Notes under the pieces: model-generated
Databases searched by the model: none
The model's input: the letters and a program-made list of their open reading frames with translations, nothing else
Told to the model about the DNA's origin: nothing
Shown: positions 1 through 29,234 of the stretch, piece after piece
Position numbering within the stretch: position 1 is the first letter of the stretch
Layout: every line of letters begins with the position of its first letter
Program-made: the position numbers and the translations under genes
Assembly (NCBI GenBank): GCA_002269645.1
Contig: NIVC01002603.1
Location: 62,001 to 126,000 of the forward strand
Direction of reading: 5' to 3'
Length of the DNA: 64,000 bases
Origin: Macrostomum lignano
Lineage: Eukaryota

Positions 1-85
1 CTTCTATCCTTATAAATTTTTGAGCACACGCTTTAGGTATATTAATGTGCTCAAACATCCAAGAAGCCCCGCCCAGTGGACTCAC

Positions 86-251
86 TTAGTCCGAAACTGA
101 GCCACGCAGTCTTTCGTCTGCTGCACCTCGACTCCGTCCTTCAGCCAGTGCGGCCGCGGCATCGGCTGCCCCCGCGCTGAGCAGAGCAGCCTGCGGCGAC
201 CGCCGGAGCCTCCGCGAAGACGAGCCTCCTGAGTGACTTCGGGCGCTTCGG
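86..251 (-). CDS. Neuregulin-like gene exon: first half of Ig I-set domain
   Basis: TTCATTCCAG acceptor, GTGAGT donor at 85-80, motif [17 protein letters not shown]. Confidence 0.85.
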
Positions 252-3200
252 CTGGAATGAAAAATCGAGAATTAAGTTGAGAGTCCAATGTTTGTCCAAT
301 TTTGTGGGATTGGGATTTGTGTGGGATTTGTGTGGGGTTTGTGTTGGATTGGTGTGGAATTGGTGTGGGATTTGTGTGAGATTGGTGTGGGATTTGTGTG
401 GGGATTTGTGTGGGATTTGTGTGGAATTGGTGTGGGATTTGTGAGTGATTTGTGTGGGATTGGTGTGGAATTGGTGTGGGATTTGTGTGGGATTTGTGTG
501 GGATTTGTGTGGGATTTGTGTGGGATTGGTGTGGAATTGGTGTGGGATTTGTGAGTGATTTGTGTGGGATTGGTGTGGAATTGGTGTGGGATTTGTGTGG
601 GATTTGTGTGGGATTGGTGTGGAATTGGTGTGGGATTTGTGAGTGATTTGTGTGAGATTGGTGTGGGATTTGTATGGGATTGGTGTGGGATTTGTGAGTG
701 ATTTGTGTGGGATTGGTGTGGGATTTGTATGGGATTGGTGTGGGATTTGTATGGGATTGGTGTGAGATTTGTGTGGGATTTGTGAGTGATTTGTGTGGGA
801 TTGGTGTGGGATTTGTATGGGATTGGTGTGGGATTTGTATGGGATTGGTGTGGGATTTGTGTGGGATTTGTGAGTGATTTGTGTGGGATTGGTGTGGGAT
901 TTGATTGGGATTGGTGTGGGATTTGTGTGGGATTTGTGTGGGATTTGTGTGGGATTTAAATTAGTAGTGTTGTGGGTTTTAACAGTGGAGGTGTTGAAAT
1001 GGGAACGAAATGGTTTTCGTGTGGGAACAGTGTGGTAATGGTGTGTACGATGTGGTAATGGTGTGTACGGTGTGGTAATGGTGTGTACGGTGTGGTAATG
1101 GTGTGTACGGTGTGGTAATGGTGTGTACGGTGTGGTAATGGTGTGTACGGTGTGGTAATGGTGTGTACGGTGTGGTAATGGTGTGTACGGTGTGGTATGG
1201 TATGACAACTTTTGTAAGTCTAGATACAGTTTTTTTGCACTAAAATTAGCGGTAAATGTGGTCAATATGACGTTTTTAACGTAAGCGATATAAACATCAG
1301 TAAGCATATTGTTAATTCTGCATTAAACAATAACTCAACACGAGTCCATGGCAATAAATATTTCCCCCAAGCCTCGTAGAAGACGGGACAGTGCTAATGA
1401 GAAACATCTGGGGCCGATTTCATAAAAAAGCTAGCCATAAGCCGTAAGCTGCTGCTCGTTAAGCTGCAACTTTCAGCAGTTGTTAAAAGAAGCGTTTTAT
1501 AAACGATTGCTAAAAAGCCGTGCTAAAACACTATCATGTCCCTGCTGCCTCAACGGCTTTTACCATAGACATCAAGCTGTGGCTTGATAGCTATGCGTTT
1601 ATGAAACCCAGTCATGGAAAAGCAGTCAATCGGCCCCGGGCCGATTTCATAAAATACAGCTAACGGCTTTTTAGCTGCGGCTTTGACTGTCGAATTGCTG
1701 TCGAATTGTCTGATTGTGAGAATCAGTGGCAGTTAAAAGTAGGCAATATCAGTTTCTACATTAGTTAGAGAGCTTAGGCTAAATAACGTAGGAGCTTAGG
1801 AGTACATGCTGACTGCATCAACGATTTGCTTTGATCTTACCGCAGATTTTGTTATCTTCTATCACTACAGAGTCAGGCCGAGAGGCTGGCGGATGGAGCA
1901 GCCACCCTGCCAATGCGGATTGTGTGACCTGCAAACCGAACCCTGATCGCTACTAACTCTCTTAGTTACTAAATATTGAAGCCAGAGTTGATAGAGAATG
2001 ATCGCTAAGAGAGTGTCAGAGAAGGGGTGTCAGTGACCATCAGAGGTGAGTGAACTATTGGTGAGTGTGTGACTGAGTTCATGAGGGAGTTAATGAGTGA
2101 GTTCATGAGTGAGTTCATGAGTGAGATCATGAGTGAGATCATGAGTGAGTTCATGAGTAAGTTCATGAGTGAGTTCATGAATGAGATCATGAGTGAGTTC
2201 ATGAGTGAGTTCATGAGTGAGTTCATGAGTGAGTTCATGAGTGAGTTCATGAGTGAGCTCATGAGTGAGTTCATGAGTGAGTTCATGAGTGAGTTTATGA
2301 GTGAGTTCATGAGTGAGTTTATGAGTGAGTTCATGAGTGAGTTCATGAGTGAGTTTATGAGTGAGTTCATGAGTGAGTTTATGAGTGAGTTCATGAGTGA
2401 GTTCATGAGTGAGATCATGAGTGAGATCATGAGTGAGATCATGAGTAAGATCATGAGTGAGATCATGAGTGAGATCATGAGTGAGATCATGAGTGAGATC
2501 ATGAGTGAGATCATGAGTGAGATCATGAGTGAGATCATGAGTGAGATCATGAGTGAGATCATGAGTGAGTTCATGAGTGATTTCATAAGTGAGATTATGA
2601 GTTCATGCCTGATAGAAGCCAAGGTGACACAGGCGCCAATGAGTGAAGGTGCAGTGCAAACTTCGATCTCATGAATGGCTGCGGGCGACTCACGAGACGT
2701 GGGGATATTTACGTGAGGGCGGCTATTCAGAGAGGGTAATCCCCCCCCTGAGGAATGCTAGAGCGGCTGTTGAGGATTCTACTGCTTGGGATCCTCTTCC
2801 CTTTCTTCCCTGACTTAGCCGTATAAGACGCCAGTCAAGGCGGTATCGCTTTGAGGCGAAATCAGTTAATTGCGTTTGGTTGTCGAACCCGCGTCTCGAT
2901 TTTCAGATCAGCCGGGCAGCCACGTCGGCGCGTGTCCCGCCACCCGGTTTGAAGCATTTCTTTCTGCTTCTAGAGGAGGTTCGTGCGAAATATATTCGAC
3001 ACCGGGGTGTTTGAGGGGTTTGTGTCAGGACCTCTAATTAGAGAATTTCTATTTGAATATAGATTTCTTCGATTATAAGAAAACCGCTAGTGCGATGTAT
3101 TGACTGAAGCTTTATCTGTCAAAGTTTCGTGTACTTTATACACTGTACACCACGTACAGAGGTCCTTTGCGTCTTCTGGGTGGTAAACTATTCGAAATGG

Positions 3201-6200
3201 AAAGCTTTCTGTACTTTGCAGTCTTTCAGGCACCGACTTCCCCAACTTTAGTTTCCTATCAAACCTGAATCCCCTCAATCGGCAGTTTCCTATCAAACTC
3301 AACTCCCTCACCCGGCAGTTTCCTATCAAACTCAACTCCCTCACCCGGCAGTTTCCTATCAAACTCAACTCCCTCACCCGGCAGTTTCCTATCAAACTCA
3401 ACTCCCTCACCCGGCAGTTTCCTGTCAAACTCAACTCCCTCACCCGGCAGTTTCCTATCAAACTCAACTCCCTCACCCGGCAGTTTCCTATCAAACTCAA
3501 CTCCCTCACCCGGTAGTTTCCTATCAAACTCAACTCCCTCACCCGGCAGTTTCCTATCAAACTCAACTCCCTCACCCGGTAGTTTCCTATCAAACTCAAC
3601 TCCCTCACCCAGTAGTTTCCTATCAAACTCAACTCCCTCACCCGGCAGTTTCCTATCAAACTCAACTCCCTCACCCGGCAGTTTCCTATCAAACTCAACT
3701 CCCTCACCCGGCAGTTTCCTATCAAACTCAACTCCCTCACCCGGCAGTTTCCTATCAAACCTGAATCCCCTCACCCGGCAGTTTCCTATAAAACTCAACT
3801 CCCTCACCCGGCAGTTTCCTATCAAACTCAACTCCCTCACCCGGCAGTTTCCTGTCAAACTCAACTCCCTCACCCGGCAGTTTCCTATCAAACTCAACTC
3901 CCTCACCCGGCAGTTTCCTATCAAACTCAACTCCCTCACCCGGCAGTTTCCTATCAAACTCAACTCCCTCACCCGGTAGTTTCCTATCAAACTCAACTCC
4001 CTCACCCGGCAGTTTCCTATCAAACTCAACTCCCTCACCCGGCAGTTTCCTGTCAAACTCAACTCCCTCACCCGGTAGTTTCCTGTCAAACTCAACTCCC
4101 TCACCCGGCAGTTTCCTGTCAAACTCAACTCCCTCACCCGGTAGTTTCCTGTCAAACTCAACTCCCTCACCCGGCAGTTTCCTGTCAAACTCAACTCCCT
4201 CACCCGGTAGTTTCCTGTCAAACTCAACTCCCTCACCCGGTAGTTTCCTGTCAAACTCAACTCCCTCACCCGGTAGTTTCCTGTCAAACTCAACTCCCTC
4301 ACCCGGTAGTTTCCTGTCAAACTCAACTCCCTCACCCGGCAGTTTCCTGTCAAACTCAACTCCCTCACCCGGTAGTTTCCTGTCAAACTACAGTCAGAGA
4401 TCAAACAGTCACCGCCGACCCCCTCAGCTCGCAGGCTAAATGTTTTGAGTCGTTTTCAAATTAAAAAAGAATCGAATTCCCTTCGCCCAAATCGCAAACT
4501 CAGCTCAGAGCTCAATGAAGTTGGCACTCGAGCGTTGTTTGTTGAGGAAACACGGGGAGGAGAGAGAGAGCGCGGATGAAGGGGAGACCAGATGCCAGCT
4601 TCCCTTGGCACTTACTCTGTGCCCCAGCGACCACTTTATAATTAAGACGCTCTTTCGAGCTTCTCGTCACAAACGCCATGCCCTGGAAAGATGGTTGCTC
4701 CCATTTCCCTGCTCAGGCTCCATCTCAGGAGCTGCAGTCTCCTATTCCCAAGCCCCAATTCGCATAAATCTCTTTCGCAGAAATCAATTCCAGTCTTGCC
4801 GATGGCGGCTGCATGGAAACTCGGCCGCCGGGAGGGACCACTTCGCGGAGGCCGGAGCGCCACAAAGACAATTTTCATCTCCTTCTCTCCGCCCCGATAG
4901 AGCAGGGAACATCCGCCAGCTTCTCTCTGGAGGATAAATTTTTATTCAATCCCAAACTGCATGGCTCGTGTCGGATAAAAATATCCCAGTGGGCTTCGGT
5001 AACCTCTCCGCGCTACTGCTGGGAATTTGCCTCACGCGCCGGTTTAGAAAACGGGGGTTTTCAGTAGTTGGAGGAACTTTTCCCACCAGCTCGGGCCAGG
5101 GGGATCAGGAAAACCACTTTCCTGGGGGGAGATGGATCTGCTTGATCCGTCCTATACCTCTTTTATCCCAACATTTTCCATCCCCACCAAAGTGTGAAAG
5201 TGGCTTCCCAGCTCCGCAGACACTCAAAAAAGGCATCTTCTTGGGCCCAGCGCCCCGAGATGAGTCCATTTGATTTTAAAGCCTTTTTCTGCTTGGCCAA
5301 GCGCTCAGCAATGCGCCCCCCACCTCTCTGCCTTCCATGGCTCTCGCTCACCCCGCTGTCTTGAAAGCCCCCGTAAAATGAAGAAAATAAGAGGGGGGAA
5401 ACTGAGACACTTTCTTCACGGGCCAAAGCTTTCTGCGCTGCGCCCAACTGGGAAGAAGAAATGCTGACTCGCTGAAGTCCTCCGGCAGATTATCATACTG
5501 CCCCTTTTTGCTGCATGGGTCAAAGGCCTTTCAGCAGCAGGGCTCAGCCATCATCAACTCTTTCTGAGCTCATTTGCGTGCCTCCTTCTCTCACCTGTCT
5601 CTTCACCTTCATTTTTATTGCCACTCTGTAACACTCCCTGTCCACCCCTACCTCTCTCCATCTCCCTCTCAATTTCCTTTTCCCAATCCTTCTCCATCTC
5701 CCCTCCTTCTGTCTCTCTTTCTCTCCCTCTCCCTCTCCTTCTCCTTCTCCATCTCCATCTCCATCTCCATCTCCATCTCCATCTCCATCTCCATCTCCAT
5801 CTCCATCTCCATCTCCATCTCCATCTCCATCTCTATCTCCCTCTCCTTCTCTCCTTCTCCTTCTCCATCTCCATCTCCATCTCCATCTTCATCTCCATCT
5901 CCATCTCCATCTCCATCTCCATCTCCATCTCCATCTCCATCTCCATCTCCATCTCCATCTCCCTCTCCTTCTCCTTCTCCTTCTCCATCTCCATCTCCAT
6001 CTCTATCTCCATCTCCATCTCCATCTCCATCTCCATCTCCATCTCCATCTCCATCTCCATCTCCATCTCCAGCTCCCTCTCCTTCTCCCTCTTCCTCTCC
6101 CTCACCATATAATCTATCTTTTGAACCGTTTCTCTCCTACCGATCTACCGTAAAAAATCAATCTGTATTTTCGAAGAAGAGCAAGCAATCATCAAATTGA

Positions 6201-6731
6201 GTCACCAAACTCACGGCAGTGCTGCGGCTCCCGGCACTGGATGCGGGCAATCTTGCCCCGGTTAGACCGGGTGTTCCTCACCGGCAGGAACCTGTGCCGG
6301 AAGTAGTTGGCATCCTCCGTGGGCGTCAGGAACAGGATGTAGCCGCGAGCTCCATTCCTTGGCAGATTTCTAGGCGAGCAGAGCCGCCGTTGCAGACTGC
6401 GCTGCCGCCTGCCCAGGCTGCGGTTGAACTGCCCGACAGTGATACGCAGGCCGACAATGTCTCGGCGCCACTTCTTCAGCGCGGCCTCCACCGTCACGGT
6501 GATGTTGAAGGCGCCGCTCGGATCGGCCGGGTGCTCATCAGCGGAGCGCCAGCGTGCCTGCACAACCAGCGGCGACTGCAGCCACTTGGACTGCGGATCG
6601 TGAAAGTCGCTGCCGCACTCCTGCTGCCCGTCCAGCGGCGGGATCGACTTCCAGCGGCCTCGGCGGCGACAGTCGACACCAACGATGAGCAGGAGCAGCA
6701 GCGATGTCGCAATGATCCGATGGCAGAGCAT
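86..6731 (-). CDS. Neuregulin/vein-like secreted EGFR-family ligand, 5' part (signal peptide + NRG1-typeII/NRG2-like N-terminal domain + Ig I-set); gene continues off the left edge
   Basis: Exon 6731-6215 ([21 protein letters not shown]...SPLVVQARW...[20 protein letters not shown]...[13 protein letters not shown]) joins in phase 1 (GT at 6214, AG at 253-252) to exon 251-86 (PEAPEV...[19 protein letters not shown]). Order and motifs parallel NRG2 as I recall it (APVVVEGKV...YIFFLEPTEQPLVFKTAFAP...KILCTDC...LKCEAAAGNPQPSYRWFKDG). EGF domain not seen in the window. Confidence 0.8.
301..957. repeat. 11-bp minisatellite mosaic (GGGATTTGTGT / GGAATTGGTGT)
   Basis: Direct inspection; intronic. Confidence 0.95.
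1029..1197. repeat. 20-bp tandem repeat GGTGTGGTAATGGTGTGTAC
   Basis: About 8 copies. Confidence 0.95.
1410..1690. mobile_element. Possible MITE ends (GGGGCCGATT ... AATCGGCCCC), abutting a second copy of the same terminus
   Basis: GGGGCCGATTTCATAAA at 1410; AATCGGCCCC at 1628-1637 immediately followed by GGGCCGATTTCATAAAA; no TSD verified. Confidence 0.35.
2069..2602. repeat. 12-bp tandem repeat ATGAGTGAGTTC/ATC
   Basis: Direct inspection; gives spurious MSEF/MNSL ORFs. Confidence 0.95.
3252..4388. repeat. 33-bp minisatellite CAAACTCAACTCCCTCACCCGGCAGTTTCCTAT
   Basis: About 34 near-identical copies. Confidence 0.95.
5690..6100. repeat. (TCTCCA)n microsatellite
   Basis: Direct inspection. 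Confidence 0.95.
6215..6731 (-). CDS. Neuregulin-like gene first coding exon: signal peptide + N-terminal domain
   Basis: ATG at 6731, hydrophobic signal peptide, GTGAGT donor at 6214-6209, upstream acceptor (TTTTCTAG) at 6783-6782. Confidence 0.85.
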
Positions 6732-7870
6732 GACTGTTGTGAAACCGAGAATGGGGAACTTGGGGTGGTTTTGTGCGTTTCCTAGAAAATTCGGCGCAAG
6801 AACACACCGAAACTGTGCGCTGGCGAGCGACTCCACTTGATGTTTGGCTGGCTAATAAGGACCGAAGCGGCCACGGGGGCGTTGGGGTGGGTCGAGCGCG
6901 GGGGCGTCTGGGGGTGGGCCGTGAGGAGGGCTTGGCGATGAAGAACACAGTCTCCCGATGAAGAACAAGAGTTTTTGGCTGAGTTTTATTACACACTAGG
7001 GCGAGAGTTGCTCCGGCTTTTCTGTGCCCGAGCGCAGCTATTCCTTCTTCCGTGTGTGGGCGGTAGGCCCGCCAGCAGACTGAGAGGCTGTTGGGGGGGC
7101 AGAGAGGTAGATATCCAACTGCTATGCAGCCTCATCTCCATTGCCAGCTCAGTGCATCTGATTGGTGGAAAGTTCGAAGTGCCATAATTGTTTTACATTT
7201 TTAAGTCTCGGGGTTGCGCAGACTCAAGCAGCGCATGCGACAACACGCGCAATCAGCTTACATAAATGTCGGTTTGCCCTCTCAACTCTCACTTAGGCTG
7301 GCCTGCCGGAGACCGCAAATATCAACTCGGATTGGGACGGCAGAGGAGCGGCACAGACTGGCAGGGGGTTGGGGCTGAGACTCACAGCAGCTGGTATTGT
7401 CTGCATGCTCTCTCTCTCGGTGAATGAAGTCGTCATCTGCACTGTGCATAGGTAAGTTGTTGAACAGACAAGCCCATGGACTACTCGAGCTATAGATGTC
7501 TGGACTAGAAACTTCTCGGAGCGCTAGCACAGGGCACAAGCAATAAAATTTCTCATCAAAGCAAAAAATAAATGGGCAGAAATCTTTAAACAATGTAATT
7601 TGCAACCTTTTTTTTAATTTGTGAGTCTGTACGTAGAGGGGTCTCGGGCGTGCTGCGGTAACTCTTCAAGACCCCCCCCGACTGTTAAGCAAGCAGGCGG
7701 ATATAAATGAGACCACACGCTCACACCCGGCCAGCACCCACCCTCCACCATAGACTATTCTAATTGTTTTCTAGCAATATAAACTTGAGAAATTTCTGGA
7801 AGAGTTTTAGCCATAGACAGTTCGTTGCATCAACGACTTCTGAGTATCGAGAACAGAGCAGTCTAACCCA

Positions 7871-7875
7871 TAATA

Positions 7876-7920
<45 letters not shown>
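7871..7920. repeat. (ATA)n microsatellite
   Basis: Direct inspection. Confidence 0.9.
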
Positions 7921-7922
<2 letters not shown>

Positions 7923-8794
7923 TAGCATTTTTCAAGCCAATTGAGCCTAGGAGCAAGCAATTTAATCCTTAGTGGGAAAATCAAGCTATTGAAGACTTGC
8001 TTTTCATCGTCTATGGCCCGAAAGGGGGGTCTATGGAGCAACCAATTTGAGAATCTGGGCACGAATTAATCCGTGGTCTAACCCAGGGGTGACCGAGGTT
8101 GCGACCATAGACTAATATTATCCTTGAATGAATTCAACCCAGCAAGTAAGTTAAAAACTATTTAAACTGGCTTAAAAGTTGGTCATACAGGTGAGCAAAT
8201 TTCTAACAACTTTCTATCACTTAATTTAACCGTTTTTTACAGACACAAGAAGACCAGCGGCAATTGCCGCTCCAGATCCTCAGTCGGGGACTCCCTGCCG
8301 CTATTAGACAGCCAAGTGTACTTTAAAATTATTGGCCGAAGGCTCTGAGGAATTCCTCACGTAATAAACCAATTTATTTACATTATAAAGCGATTTTTGG
8401 AAAATTACAAATTATATAAAATGACAGTCCAATATCAAAATTAAACATCGCGCCATCTCATGGGCCTTGAGCAGCATCTTAATAACCTTCGGAAGTTTTA
8501 TGAGTCTCAACCTGCAGTGCTGAAAGACAATGGCGAAGAATGCCCTCTTTTTGTAAGACTGCCAGACCGCTTTTGTACTGAAAAACACTGGCTTTCTTTG
8601 GGGGGGGGAGCCAATTCTGAGAAGCAACCTGCTGCCGCACCATAAAAACAGATGAAAACAATCAGTTAAAAAAACTGCCCTCAACGTTAAAAGGCTTGCC
8701 CGCTGCTCCTAGCGCAGCACCTGTCTACTGGCTGTGAGCTTCAGGTTTAATATAAGTGCAAATTAACTGAGTTATGTGACCGAGCTAAACCTCA

Positions 8795-9080
8795 CTAGCC
8801 CTAGGCTAGCCCTAAGCTAGCCCTAAGCTAGCCCTTAGCTAGCCCTAAGCTAGCCCTAAGCTAGCCCTTAGCTAGCCCTAAGCTAGCCCTAAGCTAGCCC
8901 TAAGCTAGCAATAAACTAAGCCCTAAGCTAGCCCTAAGCTAGCCCTAAGCTAGCCCTAAGCTAGCAATAAACTAAGCCCTAAGCTAGCCCTAAGCTAGCC
9001 CTAAGCTAGCCCTAAGCTAGCAATAAACTAAGCCCTAAGCTAGCCCTAAGCTAGCCCTCAGCTAGCCCTCAGCTAAATCC
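8795..9080. repeat. 11-bp tandem repeat CTAGCCCTAAG (contains telomeric hexamer CCCTAA)
   Basis: Direct inspection. Confidence 0.95.
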
Positions 9081-10178
9081 TAAACTGGTCTGCCTTTTAA
9101 ACCCCAACTTTAGCCTCAAATACCATCTTTACAAACATTACCAATCTTGTAGGTCTAAACTGGATTTTAAAGTGAGAAGTGAAGCTGAAAATGGAGGGGC
9201 AATATAAATTCATAATCATCCAGCTTCCTTGCTTTAGCTGCTGGCTCTGCCGCTCACTGAACTGAAAAAAGCGAACTAAAAAAAACAAAATTCAAAGCAA
9301 AAACTGAAGACATACAAACTTCTGCTACATTCAGATCGCAATACAAAATGCAGACTATGCAACGTGCCCCCAAACTTGGCAATTCAAGAGCTTAACAATG
9401 AGAGACAATTTTCAATTTCAAATTTCCTGAGAATGCGTGGGCACATCAAGTATATCAATAAAGTGCATACAGGCACAAGTCTAGCGAACCTCATCATCAC
9501 CTATTTGGTTTGGCTCTCTAATTATTGTCTTCTGCTTTTAGTTGGACGGTCTTTCTCTCTCTCTGTCACACACGCTCAGCTGGGTGGCAATGCATGAGGC
9601 GCGAGACCGCCGTGCAGTTCTCGCGGTCGAGGTTCGCCTCAAGTGCTTGGTCTACCCGCCATACCGAGTTAAAGTTTCTAGTTAGCTAATAAGTAGCAAT
9701 GTTCATGTAGGCGCCTACGGCACGGTTGTTGTGGTTTTTTGAAGCCGCGAAATTCTCAAAGTTACACAATTATTCACTTGTCACAGTCTGCTTTGGTCTG
9801 TCTGTGTGCCAGTCTCAAGGACCACTAGAAGTTACCGCTGTATACATTTCCTCTGTCTGCGAGTGACGAACTCCATGAGCTGCCCAGCTGACGTAATGAC
9901 TAAGTTTAACTCTAGCGCAATCTTTATTCTAAATTACCTAATGCTTAATTACGTTGAATTCGCTACTTGCCACTCATAGTAGTGCAGTTTAGCTAGAAAT
10001 TATTAATTAGTAAAGACAAATAAGTAAATTATTTTGTATTCGTAGAGTATTACTCGGCATTTATTCGTGGTCACTGGAGTACTGGAGTACATAATTAACT
10101 GACCTGACAGTAAGACAACATTGACATGGCACTGGCTAGCGAATAGGGAATTGTGGGCAGAAAGACACACGGAGCCAA

Positions 10179-10351
10179 ACAGACAGGCAGGCAGGCAGAC
10201 AGACAGGCAGGCAGGCAGGCAGGCAGGCAGACAGGCAGAGAGGCAGACAGGCAGGCAGACAGACAGACAGACAGACAGGCAGACAGACAGACAGGCAGGC
10301 AGACAGGCAGGCCGACAGAAAGGCAGGCAGACAGGCAGACAGACAGACAGG

Positions 10352-10382
<31 letters not shown>

Positions 10383-10496
10383 GCAGGCAGGCAGACAGAC
10401 AGGCAGGCAGACAGGCAGACAGACAGACAGGCAGACAGACAGGAAGGCAGACAGGCAGACAGACAGGCAGACAGACAGACAGACAGACAGGCAGGC

Positions 10497-10529
<33 letters not shown>

Positions 10530-10817
10530 GGAAGGCAGACAGACAGACAGACAGGAAGGCAGACAGGCAGACAGACAGACAGACAGACAGGAAGGCAGAC
10601 AGACAGGCAGGCAGGCAGACAGACACAGACAGGCAGACAGACAGACAGACAGGCAGGCAGACAGACAGACAGACAGACAGACAGGCAGACAGACAGACAG
10701 ACAGGCAGGCAGACAGACAGACAGACAGACAGACACAGACAGGCAGACAGACAGACAGACAGGAAGGCAGACAGGCAGACAGACAGACAGACAGGAAGGC
10801 AGACAGGCAGGCAGACT
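10179..10817. repeat. (CAGA)n/(CAGG)n microsatellite
   Basis: Direct inspection. Confidence 0.95.
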
Positions 10818-11739
10818 GCACCAACAGCCAGTGAGAAAGCACATCACAGCGGACAGCAAGCGAGGCTCCCCAGCGCGCCAACCAGCTTCAACATCAGTAG
10901 TTTTGGCGCTGCAAGCAAAAATCAATGGCAAAACGAAGCAAAGCACAAGCAAGAGAAACACAATTGACTGTTATAATTATCAAACGCAGTTTGCACAGAT
11001 TATTTAGCGCTAAAAAAGATCAGGTGACCAAAGATGGCGGGTCAGCTGCTGCACGCACCTGTCGCATTGAACAGTTCACTGAGGTCTGAATCCGTGACAG
11101 CACAGTTTCAAGCAAAATTACAAAGAGATTCCAATTGCGACGGAATGGCGCTGAGATGCACAGAGCTGCATGGGGGGGGTGCGGTAAGTGAATTAATATC
11201 CAATATTTAACCGCAGCCTAAAGCTGCCATGTACATTTCAGTGGACTGGCTAATGTACATAATTGCTGAACCAATTAGCAAGTTGTTTATGCCTGCAAGC
11301 TCTGGGCTTCTAAACTTATCGAAGTCATTTCAGCTGCCTTTCTCATTACAAAATAGCTTATGTATTCTTATTTGCTACTGAACTGAAAGTAGAAAGCTGT
11401 TTTGCTAAGTAGATATGCCTGAGTGGCCCATCTAGTTATTTTATTATCTGTGGATAGGCTTGCTAATAATTGAATTGATAACTTCAGAAAAGCGCACATT
11501 TCACATAAAATCAATAAAAGGTTTAAACCAGACGCGGGCGTACAGTCTGGAGTAAAAGTCGGAAGCCTACAGTAATAATACAATTCAACTATTAATATAA
11601 ATAAATAATTATTGCCTTGGAAATTCTGCTTACTCTACTGCGAGTAGGCTGGTGAGGATGCGGTCTGTTATAAATGCGAGCGAATCTCAAGCATGAATAA
11701 GCCTCAGTCATCAACATTCAGAGCTGTCCATGAGGATGT

Positions 11740-29094
<17,355 letters not shown>

Positions 29095-29234
29095 GCCGAT
29101 GTCAGCTGTCGACGAAGAGCTGCCTTACAGTAGTCTGGAATATTTTTGCTAATTAATTAGCACTATAAATTGCTTTGATAGGGATATCGTATGACCTATA
29201 AGGCCTGGGCCCTGGTGGGGATTCTGATCGAAAA

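Noticed and set aside
6219-6785. 188-aa plus-strand ORF, and similar GC-rich plus-strand ORFs at 12818, 15026, 16651, 28255
   Set aside because: Antisense shadows of GC-rich minus-strand exons that carry the recognisable motifs and splice sites
10815-11100. Small minus-strand exon-like segments upstream of the neuregulin gene
   Set aside because: No convincing frame or homology; may be UTR or nothing
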